The position numbers and the translations under genes are program-made. DNA of 64,000 bases from assembly GCA_045593245.1 (NCBI GenBank), contig JAZNWJ010000043.1, positions 36,254-100,253 on the forward strand, read 5' to 3'. The stretch is from Acutalibacteraceae bacterium. Lineage in GTDB: Bacteria; Bacillota; Clostridia; Oscillospirales; Acutalibacteraceae. This document shows, in pieces, positions 18,263 through 27,518 of this stretch (the first letter of the stretch is position 1; every line of letters begins with the position of its first letter). The notes under the pieces are model-generated. The model was not told the DNA's origin. It saw nothing but the letters and a program-made list of their open reading frames with translations, and did not search any database.

Positions 18263-18703
18263 TCAGACCTTATCCTTTGCCCATAGGATTATTTCTTTTA
18301 GTTCGTCAATTTGTTCTTGTGTCAGGTCTGCCTGACCTTTAGTGGAGCGTGCATAACCTTCGGTTAGATTTATGCCATAACCTGTGCCAAATTCGGTATC
18401 AACTGTATATTCAGGTGAGCAATTACAAAATTTATTTTTATCATATTCAAGATTTATAAGAATATCGGTCATTGTAACCGATTCACCATACATAAAAGTA
18501 TATTTTGTATCATCATCAAAATATATGGTTGTTTGGGTGTTGCCACAGTAACCGGAAACCGGGTCTGAGACAGTTTGCTTCTCTACGGCAGGTTGATGTG
18601 TATGGTCACTTGGGGTCGATGATAAGTTACTTTCGGTCGAATTACACGCACAAAGCGCAAGCATTAGCGCAAAAGATATAAAACTCAGAATTATTCTATT
18701 CAT
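18263..18703 (-). CDS. Hypothetical small lipoprotein
   Basis: It has signal peptide plus lipobox MNRIILSFISFALMLALCAC and an AAAGGGTG RBS. Confidence 0.65.
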   Translation of the reverse strand: MNRIILSFISFALMLALCACNSTESNLSSTPSDHTHQPAVEKQTVSDPVSGYCGNTQTTIYFDDDTKYTFMYGESVTMTDILINLEYDKNKFCNCSPEYTVDTEFGTGYGINLTEGYARSTKGQADLTQEQIDELKEIILWAKDKV

Positions 18704-18836
18704 TTTACACACCCTTTCAAACTGATTATAACATAACTGATTTTTAGTGTAAAGACAGCAGAAATTAAAGTTTATTTGGTACTTCTAATTATAATACTTT
18801 TTAAACTATAAAAAGGTTGCATAATCCATATTGTAT

Positions 18837-18865
18837 TTTACATTTTTGCTGGTATGTGATATAAT
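18837..18865 (+). promoter_or_regulatory. Candidate sigma-A promoter (extended -10) for the LMW-PTP operon
   Basis: TTTACA, a 17-nt spacer, then TATAAT preceded by TGa. Confidence 0.45.
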
Positions 18866-18893
18866 TATAAAAAATAGGAATGCAGGTACTGAT

Positions 18894-19346
18894 ATGAAAA
18901 AAATACTTTTTGTGTGTCACGGGAATATTTGTAGAAGTCCGTTAGCTGAGTTTTTAATGAAAGAGTTGGTAAGGGAAAATGGACTTGAGAGCGATTTTTA
19001 TATAGAGTCTGCGGCAACCTCTACCGAAGAAATAGGAAATGGGGTTTATCCACCCGTAAAGCGCATTTTGGTGTCACGTGGAATTGATTGTTCGGCTAAA
19101 CGTGCCCGCCAAATGACACGCGCCGATTATGACAAATTTGATTATATAGTATGTATGGACGAGAGAAATTTGCGCAATATGAGTTATATTGCAATTGACA
19201 ACGAGGGTAAGTACAGCCGATTGCTTGATTATACGGGACACCCTCACGATGTTGCTGACCCGTGGTATAGCGGCGACTTTGCTACGACTGAGCGAGAGGT
19301 AGAGCAGGGGTGTAAAGCGCTGTTACATCACATATTGAATAACTGA
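18894..19346 (+). CDS. Low-molecular-weight protein-tyrosine (or arsenate-reductase-like) phosphatase
   Basis: It has the CX5R(S/T) P-loop in ILFVCHGNICRSPLAE and a DP general-acid motif (VADPWY). The start was moved to the Met of MKKILF. Confidence 0.9.
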   Translation: MKKILFVCHGNICRSPLAEFLMKELVRENGLESDFYIESAATSTEEIGNGVYPPVKRILVSRGIDCSAKRARQMTRADYDKFDYIVCMDERNLRNMSYIAIDNEGKYSRLLDYTGHPHDVADPWYSGDFATTEREVEQGCKALLHHILNN

Positions 19347-19359
19347 GGGAAATGTAAAA

Positions 19360-20172
19360 ATGAGAAAATTAGTATCCTGTTTATTGGTTTTGATATTGTT
19401 TGCTTCGGTGGCTTTTTCAATCGGTGATAAACAGTTAGAACTTGTAAACAATGAAATTAAATATGAAACCACACTTCTTCGAGCAGGCGGGGGCGGAGGC
19501 TCCGGCGGCGGTGGAGGTGGCGGCTCGGGTGGTTCTGGCGGTGGAACCGGTGGGCACACAGGCGGTGATGCGGGCGGTGACGCGCAAGAGAGTGAAGGTT
19601 CAATTTTTTATGATATAGCGTTCTACTTTTTCTTTGTTTTTGTGGCTTTTGGTACATCAATAATGTTTGGTATTAAGCTTTCAAGAAGTGCTCGTAACTC
19701 TAAAAAACTGATGAAAATGCTTCAAAACAAAGATGGTGCCTGGATTTACAAAGAGGTTGAAAAGCAGGTTAAACAAACATATCATATTGTACAAAAGTGT
19801 TGGACCAATATGGATATGTCGCCTGCTAAATCATATATGTCGGAAGAACTTTATGAAAGTTTTAACACCAAGCTTAATTGGATGGCATATAAAAATCAAA
19901 GAAACGTTTTAAAAATGATTCGTCTTATAGATGCACAACCCGTATCTGTTTATGATAACGAGGATGATTCTTTTGACCATATCTGGTTTTACATAGAAGG
20001 CAGTATGATAGATTATACTGTTGATACATTGAACAATGCTAAAATCAGCGGCAATATATATCCTGAAAGCTTTGTAGAGTATTGGCAGTTTACACGTGAG
20101 TCTAACAGGCGCTGGGTGCTTAACAAGATTTTGCAAAAAGAAGAAGCTGAACAAATTATTTTCAGTGAGTAA
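19360..20172 (+). CDS. Membrane-anchored Tim44-like domain protein with a poly-Gly/Ser linker
   Basis: It has an N-terminal signal/anchor, a GGGGGSGGGGGGGSGGSGGGTGG tract, a TM segment (IAFYFFFVFVAFGTSIMFGI) and a C-terminal region resembling the Tim44-like fold (MSEELYESFNTKLNWMAYKNQRNVL...). Confidence 0.55.
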   Translation: MRKLVSCLLVLILFASVAFSIGDKQLELVNNEIKYETTLLRAGGGGGSGGGGGGGSGGSGGGTGGHTGGDAGGDAQESEGSIFYDIAFYFFFVFVAFGTSIMFGIKLSRSARNSKKLMKMLQNKDGAWIYKEVEKQVKQTYHIVQKCWTNMDMSPAKSYMSEELYESFNTKLNWMAYKNQRNVLKMIRLIDAQPVSVYDNEDDSFDHIWFYIEGSMIDYTVDTLNNAKISGNIYPESFVEYWQFTRESNRRWVLNKILQKEEAEQIIFSE

Positions 20173-20215
20173 AAATATCGTCTATTACTTTACCGGTAAT
20201 AGACGATATTTTTTG
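20172..20215. terminator. Bidirectional rho-independent terminator
   Basis: aaaatatcgtctattac-tttaccg-gtaatagacgatatttttt. Confidence 0.7.
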
Positions 20216-20219
20216 GTTG

Positions 20220-20876
20220 TTATTTATCTGAAATAATTTTAAGTATGGGTGGTTTGATACGTTTGTTAAGCCATTTAATTACAAAACCCGTAAACGTTGC
20301 GGTGATAATTGTTCCCTCGCGGGTGCCGATAATACGGAAATCAAAAAACAGTAATGATAGTATAATTGATATTGCAACAAAGCTTATATCGACAGCCACC
20401 TTTACACTACCAAAGTTTTTGTGAAGACACTTTGAAATAACGTCGACAAACGCCTCGCCTACGTTCATAACAGTATCTGAAATAAGGGTAAGCGTAATAC
20501 CAAGCGCTAATATAAACACGCTGGTAAAAACCAACAACAATCTGATAATATAAACGTCGGCGGGTATGAAGGCTACAAGTTTAACACAAAGGTCTGTAAA
20601 CACACCTAAAACCAAAGAAATAGGAAATTGTAAAAACTGAATTGGCTTGAAACCTTTTTTTAGTATTATGATTTGAATAATTATCATGATACAGTTGGAA
20701 AACATAAGCCAGGTTCCGACCGTAAGAGATGGGAATTTAATACTCATTACGTTGGCAATCGATGAAATCGGCGATATACCAAGATTGCTGTGTTTTGCGG
20801 TTGCAATACCAAGCGCTATAAAAAATACGCCTATTATAAGAAGCAGATACCGCATTATTTTTTCACGAATCGACAA
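20220..20876 (-). CDS. YczE/YitT-like (DUF6198) polytopic membrane protein
   Basis: It is multi-TM with an N-terminus LLLIIGVFFIALGIATAKHSNLGISPISS typical of that family. Confidence 0.6.
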   Translation of the reverse strand: MSIREKIMRYLLLIIGVFFIALGIATAKHSNLGISPISSIANVMSIKFPSLTVGTWLMFSNCIMIIIQIIILKKGFKPIQFLQFPISLVLGVFTDLCVKLVAFIPADVYIIRLLLVFTSVFILALGITLTLISDTVMNVGEAFVDVISKCLHKNFGSVKVAVDISFVAISIILSLLFFDFRIIGTREGTIITATFTGFVIKWLNKRIKPPILKIISDK

Positions 20877-20931
20877 TATAATACCTTCTTTTGTTTTGTT
20901 ACAGGTATTTTATCATAAAATAGCATAAAAA

Positions 20932-21765
20932 TCAAAGTTTTTCGAAGCCTATGAGTATTCCGCCTTTTTCGGCATAGAAACTGCAAAGTCCACCGCAATT
21001 ATAAATTTCAATATCAATATTACCAAATTCCTTTATTAAGGCGTCCTTTATTGTGGATGCAAAATCAGGGTTAAGGCAGTGCGCAATACGCACCTTGCCG
21101 CCCCAAAAACCTTCTTCACGCAGGCGGTTTATTATGGTTGCGCGTGCCTTTGTCTCGCCGCGTACTTTGTCAAGCGGTTGCAAATCCCCCTTGTCGCTGG
21201 CTTTACCCACAACCCGAATACCCAGCAGTCCTGCTGCTTTGGCTGTAAGGTGACTTACCCTGCCGTTGTTTGCAAGGTTTTTCATAGACTCTAACATAAA
21301 AAGCAAACCCGTTTTTTCGGTGTAGGCGGTTATCTCTTCACAGATATTATCATAATCTTTACCATCGAGTATAAGTTCGGCTATTTTTTCAATAATGAGT
21401 TTCATTTCAGGACCTGTGGACAGCGAGTTTATTACAAAAACTTTGCGGTCGGGGTGTTCGTCCTCGTAAAGTCGCTTTGCAGCGCAAGCCGCATTATAAC
21501 TGCCCGACAAAGTGCCGGTAATGGTTATGCAAAAAATATATTCTGCATCGCCAAAACTACAAAGCCACTCGTCGGGGTTGGGGCAGGAGGATGATGATTT
21601 ACCGTTGTATTTCAGCAGGTCGTGAACCATTTCGGCTACATCAAGATTTGCGTTATCCACGTATTCTTTTTCAGTAGTTACAATCTTAAGCGGCGCTACG
21701 GAAAATGGAACGGTATTAAAGTTTAACATATCCGACGAAGAATCGGTAACAATTTTAAAATTCAT
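20932..21765 (-). CDS. DegV family fatty-acid-binding protein
   Basis: MNFKIVTDSSSDM is the DegV N-terminal signature. The start was moved to this Met, after an AAGGAG RBS. Confidence 0.87.
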   Translation of the reverse strand: MNFKIVTDSSSDMLNFNTVPFSVAPLKIVTTEKEYVDNANLDVAEMVHDLLKYNGKSSSSCPNPDEWLCSFGDAEYIFCITITGTLSGSYNAACAAKRLYEDEHPDRKVFVINSLSTGPEMKLIIEKIAELILDGKDYDNICEEITAYTEKTGLLFMLESMKNLANNGRVSHLTAKAAGLLGIRVVGKASDKGDLQPLDKVRGETKARATIINRLREEGFWGGKVRIAHCLNPDFASTIKDALIKEFGNIDIEIYNCGGLCSFYAEKGGILIGFEKL

Positions 21766-21908
21766 AACATAAAACTCCTTTGAAAATGCGATGTGATAAT
21801 TATATATAAAAATATCTTTAAAAGACAATCTACAAAGAGTTTTAACCATTCTACAAACAAAAAATCAAACTCTACCAGGAATAGAGCGCCTTTATTTAAA
21901 CAAAAATA

Positions 21909-21937
21909 TTGCCTTTATCCATAATTTAGGATATAAT
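21909..21937 (+). promoter_or_regulatory. Candidate sigma-A promoter for the DUF951-prfA-tsaC-coaE operon
   Basis: TTGCCT, a 17-nt spacer, then TATAAT. Confidence 0.5.
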
Positions 21938-21972
21938 ATTATGATGAATATAAAAAGGCGGTGAGAAGCGTT

Positions 21973-22167
21973 ATGAATATAAACGTGGGCGATGTAATAC
22001 AAATGAAAAAAAATCACCCTTGCGGATGCAATACTTTTACTGTGCGCCGTGTGGGTATGGATTTTAAAATTTGTTGTAACGGATGCGGACACGAGGTAAT
22101 GCTTCCGAGAAAGACCGTAGAAAAAAGTATTAAAAAGATAATAAGTTCTAATGGAGAGAATATTTAA
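21973..22167 (+). CDS. DUF951 family small protein
   Basis: [42 protein letters not shown] matches the DUF951 pattern. Its TAA overlaps the prfA ATG (TAATG). Confidence 0.72.
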   Translation: MNINVGDVIQMKKNHPCGCNTFTVRRVGMDFKICCNGCGHEVMLPRKTVEKSIKKIISSNGENI

Positions 22168-23243
22168 TGTTTGAAAAATTGTCAGCGGTAGAAAACCGCT
22201 ATGAGCAAATAGGTGTAGAGCTTACCCGCCCCGAAGTTGCAAGCGATAATGCATTGTTCACCCGCCTGATGAAAGAGCATAGTGAACTTACGCCTATTGT
22301 AGAAAAATATCGTGAATATTGCGCGGCTGTAAATGCCGAAAAAGAGGCGCTCGAGTTGCTTGAGGCAGGTGGTCTTGACAAAGATTTTAAGGAACTTGTT
22401 GAAGAAGAGTTGGCGCAAGCAAAGGAAAAAATTATTTCAAGTGCCGATGAACTGAAAATACTACTTTTGCCCAAAGACCCAAATGATGACAAAAACGTTA
22501 TTGTCGAAATCCGCGGTGGCGCCGGTGGTGAAGAGGCAGCGCTTTTTGCGGCCGCCCTTTTTCGAATGTACTCTATGTATGCCGAGAGCAAACGCTGGCA
22601 TATTGATATAACCAACGCCAATGAAACCGAGCTTGGTGGATATAAGGAAATAAGTTTTATGATAGAGGGTACAGGCGCATATTCACGCTTTAAGTATGAA
22701 AGCGGTGTTCATCGTGTTCAGCGTGTGCCCGATACCGAAACACAGGGTAGAATTCATACATCTACCGTAACAGTAGCGGTATTGCCCGAAGCTGATGAGG
22801 TGGAATTTGAGCTTAATCCTGCCGACCTTAAGATTGATACCTTCCGTTCCTCAGGTGCGGGTGGTCAGCACATTAACAAAACATCGTCAGCTATACGTGT
22901 AACACATCTTCCAACAGGTACTGTTGTTGAGTGTCAGGATGAGCGTAGTCAGTTTAAAAACAAAGAGAAGGCTTTAAAGGTGCTTCGTGCACGTCTTTAT
23001 GATGCTGAAAAAGAAAAGGCAGATGCCGCGATTGCATCTGACCGTAAGGCGCAGGTAGGGACCGGTGACCGTAGTGAGCGAATCAGAACCTACAATTACC
23101 CTCAAGGTCGTGTTACCGACCATCGTATAGGTTTGACTTTATATAAAATCGACAGTATTTTAAACGGCGACATTGATGAAATTGTAGACGGCCTTACCAC
23201 GTATTATCGTGCGGAGGCATTAAAGGCACAGGAGAATTCTTAA
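22167..23243 (+). CDS. prfA: Peptide chain release factor 1
   Basis: It has the GGQ motif ([11 protein letters not shown]) and an RF1-type PxT tripeptide region ([14 protein letters not shown]). Confidence 0.95.
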   Translation: MFEKLSAVENRYEQIGVELTRPEVASDNALFTRLMKEHSELTPIVEKYREYCAAVNAEKEALELLEAGGLDKDFKELVEEELAQAKEKIISSADELKILLLPKDPNDDKNVIVEIRGGAGGEEAALFAAALFRMYSMYAESKRWHIDITNANETELGGYKEISFMIEGTGAYSRFKYESGVHRVQRVPDTETQGRIHTSTVTVAVLPEADEVEFELNPADLKIDTFRSSGAGGQHINKTSSAIRVTHLPTGTVVECQDERSQFKNKEKALKVLRARLYDAEKEKADAAIASDRKAQVGTGDRSERIRTYNYPQGRVTDHRIGLTLYKIDSILNGDIDEIVDGLTTYYRAEALKAQENS

Positions 23244-24263
23244 ATGGAAACCAAAAAGTTAGATGCTATAAACGATTACGGTAATTCTGTAAAGCAGGCA
23301 TCTGAAATTTTAAATGCGGGTGGTATTGTAGCAGTGCCGACCGAAACGGTATATGGACTTGCGGCTTCGGCGTACAGTGACGACGCTATCAAGGCTGTGT
23401 TCGGTGCCAAGGGTAGACCGCAGGATAATCCGCTTATAGTTCATATTGCAAGTCTTGATATGTTAAATGACGTGGCGTGTGATATACCTGACGCTGCTTA
23501 CGAGTGCGCTAAAGCATTTTGGCCGGGACCGTTTACTATGGTTCTGCCCAAAGGTGATAAAATAGCCGACAGCGTATCGGCAGGACTACAAACCGTAGCG
23601 GTAAGATATCCGAGTGAAGAAACTATCTGCGATATTATTGAGTCAAGTGGTTTGCCGCTTGCGGCACCAAGCGCAAACACATCGGGGCGACCCAGTCCCA
23701 CGACGGCAAAACACGTGGTAGATGACCTTGACGGTAAAATTGACGCGGTGGTTATGGGCGGTGATTGTATTGTGGGTGTTGAGTCAACCGTAGTATCGCT
23801 CGTAGGTGAGCATCCGAGACTTTTGCGACCGGGCGCGGTAACACCCGATGGGTTGCGTAAAATTTTACCTGATCTTGTTATTGATGATGCGGTATTGGAG
23901 CAGTTAAGAGAGGGAGAAAAAGCAGCATCTCCGGGTATGAAATACAAGCATTATGCACCGCAAACACGCGCAATACTGGTGGAAGGCTGTAGCAACAGTT
24001 TTGCGCAGTTTGTAAATGCAAAAAATGATTGCGCTGCAATATGCTTTGAAGAGGAGTATTACAGCATAAACATTCCTAAAATTTCTTATGGTTCAAAACG
24101 AAATGAGACTACACTTGCGAAAAATGTATTTTCGGTTTTGAGGGATATTGATACTCTTGGCGTAAAAGAGGTTTATATCCACGCACCAAGCAAAGACGGT
24201 GTAGGTCTTGCTGTTTACAACAGACTTATACGTGCTTGCGGTTTTGAGGTGATAAAATTATGA
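23244..24263 (+). CDS. tsaC: L-threonylcarbamoyladenylate synthase (Sua5/YwlC type, with C-terminal Sua5 domain)
   Basis: It has PTETVYGLAA and SAPSANTSGRPSPT, and at 339 aa it is the long Sua5 form. Confidence 0.9.
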   Translation: METKKLDAINDYGNSVKQASEILNAGGIVAVPTETVYGLAASAYSDDAIKAVFGAKGRPQDNPLIVHIASLDMLNDVACDIPDAAYECAKAFWPGPFTMVLPKGDKIADSVSAGLQTVAVRYPSEETICDIIESSGLPLAAPSANTSGRPSPTTAKHVVDDLDGKIDAVVMGGDCIVGVESTVVSLVGEHPRLLRPGAVTPDGLRKILPDLVIDDAVLEQLREGEKAASPGMKYKHYAPQTRAILVEGCSNSFAQFVNAKNDCAAICFEEEYYSINIPKISYGSKRNETTLAKNVFSVLRDIDTLGVKEVYIHAPSKDGVGLAVYNRLIRACGFEVIKL

Positions 24264-24853
24264 GTTTTGTGATAGGTCTTACAGGTCCTACGGGAGCAGG
24301 CAAAAGTAGTGTAACGGCTGTAGCACAGGAATTGGGTTTTAAGATTGTTGACTGCGATAAGCTGGCTCGTGTTGCGGTAGAAAAGGGTAGTAACGGATTG
24401 AGTGCTGTTGCAGAGGTTTTTGGTGACGATATATTAAATGATGATGGCACTTTAAATCGTGCGGCATTGGCGCAAAAGGCGTTCTCAACCACTGAAAACA
24501 CAGAACTTTTAAATAAAACATTACTGCCATATATTATGTTGCTTGTCCGTGAGGAAATAACGGGAGATAGAGTATTGCTTGATGCGCCAACGCTTTTTGA
24601 AAGTGGCGCTGATAGTTTGTGTGACGAGGTAATTGTTGTACTGTCTGATGAAAAGACGCGAAAGAAACGAATTACGGAACGTGACGATATTGACGAACAG
24701 GCGGCAGAGCTTCGCATAAAAGCGGGTAAACCCGATGATTTTTATATAGAAAAATCAAACAATATAGTGTATAATGATTGTGAACTTTCGGTTTTCAATT
24801 TGAAAATACAAAAACTTTTAACTAAACTTTTGGAGGAATATGAAAATGTCTGA
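24260..24853 (+). CDS. coaE: Dephospho-CoA kinase
   Basis: It has the P-loop IGLTGPTGAGKSSV and typical CoaE size. It overlaps tsaC by 4 nt. Confidence 0.9.
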   Translation: MSFVIGLTGPTGAGKSSVTAVAQELGFKIVDCDKLARVAVEKGSNGLSAVAEVFGDDILNDDGTLNRAALAQKAFSTTENTELLNKTLLPYIMLLVREEITGDRVLLDAPTLFESGADSLCDEVIVVLSDEKTRKKRITERDDIDEQAAELRIKAGKPDDFYIEKSNNIVYNDCELSVFNLKIQKLLTKLLEEYENV

Positions 24854-26237
24854 TGCAGTTAAAGAATTAAAGGAAAAACTGTTTTATGAAAAAAAGAACG
24901 GTCTTTTAAAGGCCAGTGATGCTACCATCGACAATTTGCAAAAATATTGCGAAGGATACAAAGCGTATCTTGATGCCGCTAAAACCGAGCGCGAGGCAGT
25001 AGCTACTGCTATTGCTATGGCAGAGGAAAAAGGTTTTGTGCCTTTTGTAATCGGCAAGAAGTATAATGCAGGTGATCGTGTTTACTTTAACAACCGCGGC
25101 AAAACAGTTGCTTTTGCAGTAATTGGTAAGGAGTCTGCTGACAAGGGTGTTAATATAACAGCGGCTCACGTTGACTCACCTCGTCTTGACCTTAAACCAA
25201 ACCCACTTTATGAAGAACTTGAACTTGCTCTGTTTAAAACACACTACTACGGCGGCATAAAGAAATATCAGTGGACAGCATTGCCATTAGCGTTACACGG
25301 TGTTTTTGCTAAAAAAGATGGTAGCGTTGTGGAGGTTAACATTGGTGAAGATGACGCTGATCCCAAATTTGTTATCAATGACTTACTTCCACACCTTGCA
25401 CGTGAGCAAAGTAAGCGTACACTTTCTGACGGTATACGTGGTGAAGAACTTAACGTTCTTATTGGTAGTATGCCATTCAAGAGTGACGAGGGCAGCGAAC
25501 TTGTAAAGCTTAATATTTTGAAACTTTTAAATGAGAAATATGGTATCACTGAGGAGGATTTCCTCTCGGCAGAACTTGAACTTGTTCCTGCAGCAAAGGC
25601 TTGTGATATTGGTTTTGACCGCTCACTCATTGGTGCTTACGGTCAGGACGACCGCGTATGTGCATACCCCGCACTAACCGCTATTTTAGAAGTTGAAGCG
25701 CCCGAAAAGACTGCTATCGCAATCCTTACCGACAAGGAAGAAATTGGTTCTATGGGTAATACAGGCTTGCAGTCTGATTTCTTACCACACGTGGTACACG
25801 ATATTTGTGTAATGCAGGGTTGTGATGAGACCGTTGCGCTTCGTAATTCAAAGTGCCTTTCTGCTGATGTAAATGCGGGTACCGACCCGACTTTCCAGGA
25901 CGTTATGGAACGCAGAAATGCAAGTTTCTTAAACTATGGCGTAGTTGTTACCAAATACACCGGTGGCGGCGGCAAGGGTAGCACATCTGATGCATCGGCT
26001 GAATACGTTGCCGAAATCCGTGCAATGTTAGATAATGCCGGCATTATCTGGCAGACAGGTGAATTGGGTAAAGTAGATGCAGGCGGCGGCGGTACAGTTG
26101 CTATGTACGTGGCAAACTTGGGTGTTGACGTAATCGACCTTGGTGTTCCCGTACTTTCTATGCACGCTCCTTACGAAACCACATCAAAACTTGACGTATA
26201 TATGTGCTACCGCGCTATGTACGAATTTATGAAATAA
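24840..26237 (+). CDS. M18-family aminopeptidase
   Basis: AAHVDSPRLDLKPNP, TDKEEIGS and SMHAPYE are M18 (aspartyl aminopeptidase-like) blocks. Confidence 0.8.
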   Translation: MKMSDAVKELKEKLFYEKKNGLLKASDATIDNLQKYCEGYKAYLDAAKTEREAVATAIAMAEEKGFVPFVIGKKYNAGDRVYFNNRGKTVAFAVIGKESADKGVNITAAHVDSPRLDLKPNPLYEELELALFKTHYYGGIKKYQWTALPLALHGVFAKKDGSVVEVNIGEDDADPKFVINDLLPHLAREQSKRTLSDGIRGEELNVLIGSMPFKSDEGSELVKLNILKLLNEKYGITEEDFLSAELELVPAAKACDIGFDRSLIGAYGQDDRVCAYPALTAILEVEAPEKTAIAILTDKEEIGSMGNTGLQSDFLPHVVHDICVMQGCDETVALRNSKCLSADVNAGTDPTFQDVMERRNASFLNYGVVVTKYTGGGGKGSTSDASAEYVAEIRAMLDNAGIIWQTGELGKVDAGGGGTVAMYVANLGVDVIDLGVPVLSMHAPYETTSKLDVYMCYRAMYEFMK

Positions 26238-26245
26238 TTGTATAA

Positions 26246-26289
26246 AAAATAGCGCTTAGGTCTTTAAAGTCCTAAGCGCTATTTTTTTT
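26246..26289. terminator. Bidirectional rho-independent terminator
   Basis: aatagcgcttagg-tctttaaagt-cctaagcgctatt, flanked by A-runs and T-runs. Confidence 0.75.
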
Positions 26290-26290
26290 A

Positions 26291-27508
26291 TTATTTAAGG
26301 TCTTCAGTTTTATAAACACGAACGTAATCTACAGCCATATCGGTCTGATTACCAACAAATTCGCCCGCTTTATCGTTGAAATGTGAACTTATAAGCAGAT
26401 ATCCGGGTTGGTTGCATATTCCCATTACGTCGGTTCTGGCGGTTACTTCACCATCGATATAAAATACGTATTCTTCGGGTGTCCACAAAAATCCAAAGGT
26501 GTGATACTTACCGTCAAAAATATCTTCTCTTGTTTGATTGTATAAGCCCTTGGTTTTGGTGTGACTATAACCATCCCAATGTATGGTTTGCGATGGGTTT
26601 AAGTTGTTATAGAAAGTTTCGATAATGTCTACTTCGCAACCATTAACAGCTGTGCCGTCATCTGCGGCATCTTTATTGCCCATATCGCCTGCCATCAACC
26701 AAAATGCACCCATAAGACCCGCATTAAGATGGGGTTTCATGCGAACTTCAAAATATCCGTAGGTGGTTTCATATTTGTCCTTGGTAGTGATTGCACCCGA
26801 CATACGAATCGGGTCCTCGGGGGAATCGGGATTGTCTTCAACAGTCATTCGGTTTATAAGGTTTCCTTTTCCATCAAGGAACATATTATCCTTTGAATAG
26901 GAGTAGCGCCAGTCACGCATTTCATCCCATACGTTCCAGACATCAGTATTAAGCTCGGTTCCGTCAAAATTATCTTCGAAAACAAGCTCCCATTGATCGA
27001 ACTTGATTTCAAAATCAAGACTTACGCCTGCCGTGCGATGTGTTGCCGTAACGGTAAGCGAATCATGATTTTTACGATATTCATAAGGAATTGTAACCTT
27101 GCGGTCATCAATTATGATTGTTTTTTCTTTGCAAGTAAGGTCAATCATATAAATAAGCGCATAACCCTTGTCAGTTCTGACAGTGGTGATCTCAAACTGT
27201 GCATCTCCGGCAGGAATATCTTTAAGACACTCATATTCCACTTGTGTCAGTCGATTAAATCCGTGCTTCTCTTCAAAAGTAAGATCCGATTCGCTTGAGT
27301 CGGGTGTGCTGCTACTTGTGGTAGAAGTCGTGCTTTGTGTTGAAGACTGCTCGGTAGATGTAACCGTTTCGGTTGGCAAAGAGGGGAGAAACATATCGGA
27401 AGAAACAGACGAATTTGAAAGGTAAGTATCATTTGCCTTTTTGCAACCAATACATCCTGTACCAAGCGCGATACAGGTAATCATAATAAGTGTTTTTTTA
27501 AGTTTCAT
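26291..27508 (-). CDS. GH16 family glycoside hydrolase lipoprotein (beta-glucanase/laminarinase-like), paralog 1
   Basis: It has a lipobox (LGTGCIGC), a Ser/Thr-rich linker and the GH16 catalytic ExDxxE motif in NGCEVDIIETF. The start was moved to MKLKKTL. Confidence 0.8.
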   Translation of the reverse strand: MKLKKTLIMITCIALGTGCIGCKKANDTYLSNSSVSSDMFLPSLPTETVTSTEQSSTQSTTSTTSSSTPDSSESDLTFEEKHGFNRLTQVEYECLKDIPAGDAQFEITTVRTDKGYALIYMIDLTCKEKTIIIDDRKVTIPYEYRKNHDSLTVTATHRTAGVSLDFEIKFDQWELVFEDNFDGTELNTDVWNVWDEMRDWRYSYSKDNMFLDGKGNLINRMTVEDNPDSPEDPIRMSGAITTKDKYETTYGYFEVRMKPHLNAGLMGAFWLMAGDMGNKDAADDGTAVNGCEVDIIETFYNNLNPSQTIHWDGYSHTKTKGLYNQTREDIFDGKYHTFGFLWTPEEYVFYIDGEVTARTDVMGICNQPGYLLISSHFNDKAGEFVGNQTDMAVDYVRVYKTEDLK

Positions 27509-27518
27509 AATAAATCCA

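Noticed and set aside
19323-19559. A 78-aa minus-strand ORF encodes a poly-Pro tract (PPVPPPEPPEPPPPPPPEPPPPP).
   Set aside because: It is the antisense shadow of the GGC/GGT-rich poly-Gly linker in the Tim44-like gene. The local GC spike comes from codon repetition, not from a separate gene.
21941-21985. There is a duplicated atgaatataaa motif and a 7-codon mini-ORF (MMNIKRR*) just upstream of the DUF951 start.
   Set aside because: It is an 11-nt repeat in an AT-rich region and I have no evidence for a leader peptide. It is most simply a chance or slippage duplication that includes the RBS region.
22199-24717. Several long antisense ORFs (22199-22621, 23498-23947 and 24226-24717, minus strand) lie opposite prfA, tsaC and coaE. 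Similar ORFs lie opposite other genes, for example 3595-3960, 5480-5905, 9759-10178, 42390-42884 and 54968-55474.
   Set aside because: Each lies wholly inside a confidently identified gene on the other strand. Their Ser/Ala/Pro- or Cys/Ile-biased composition is typical of antisense frames, and none has an RBS.
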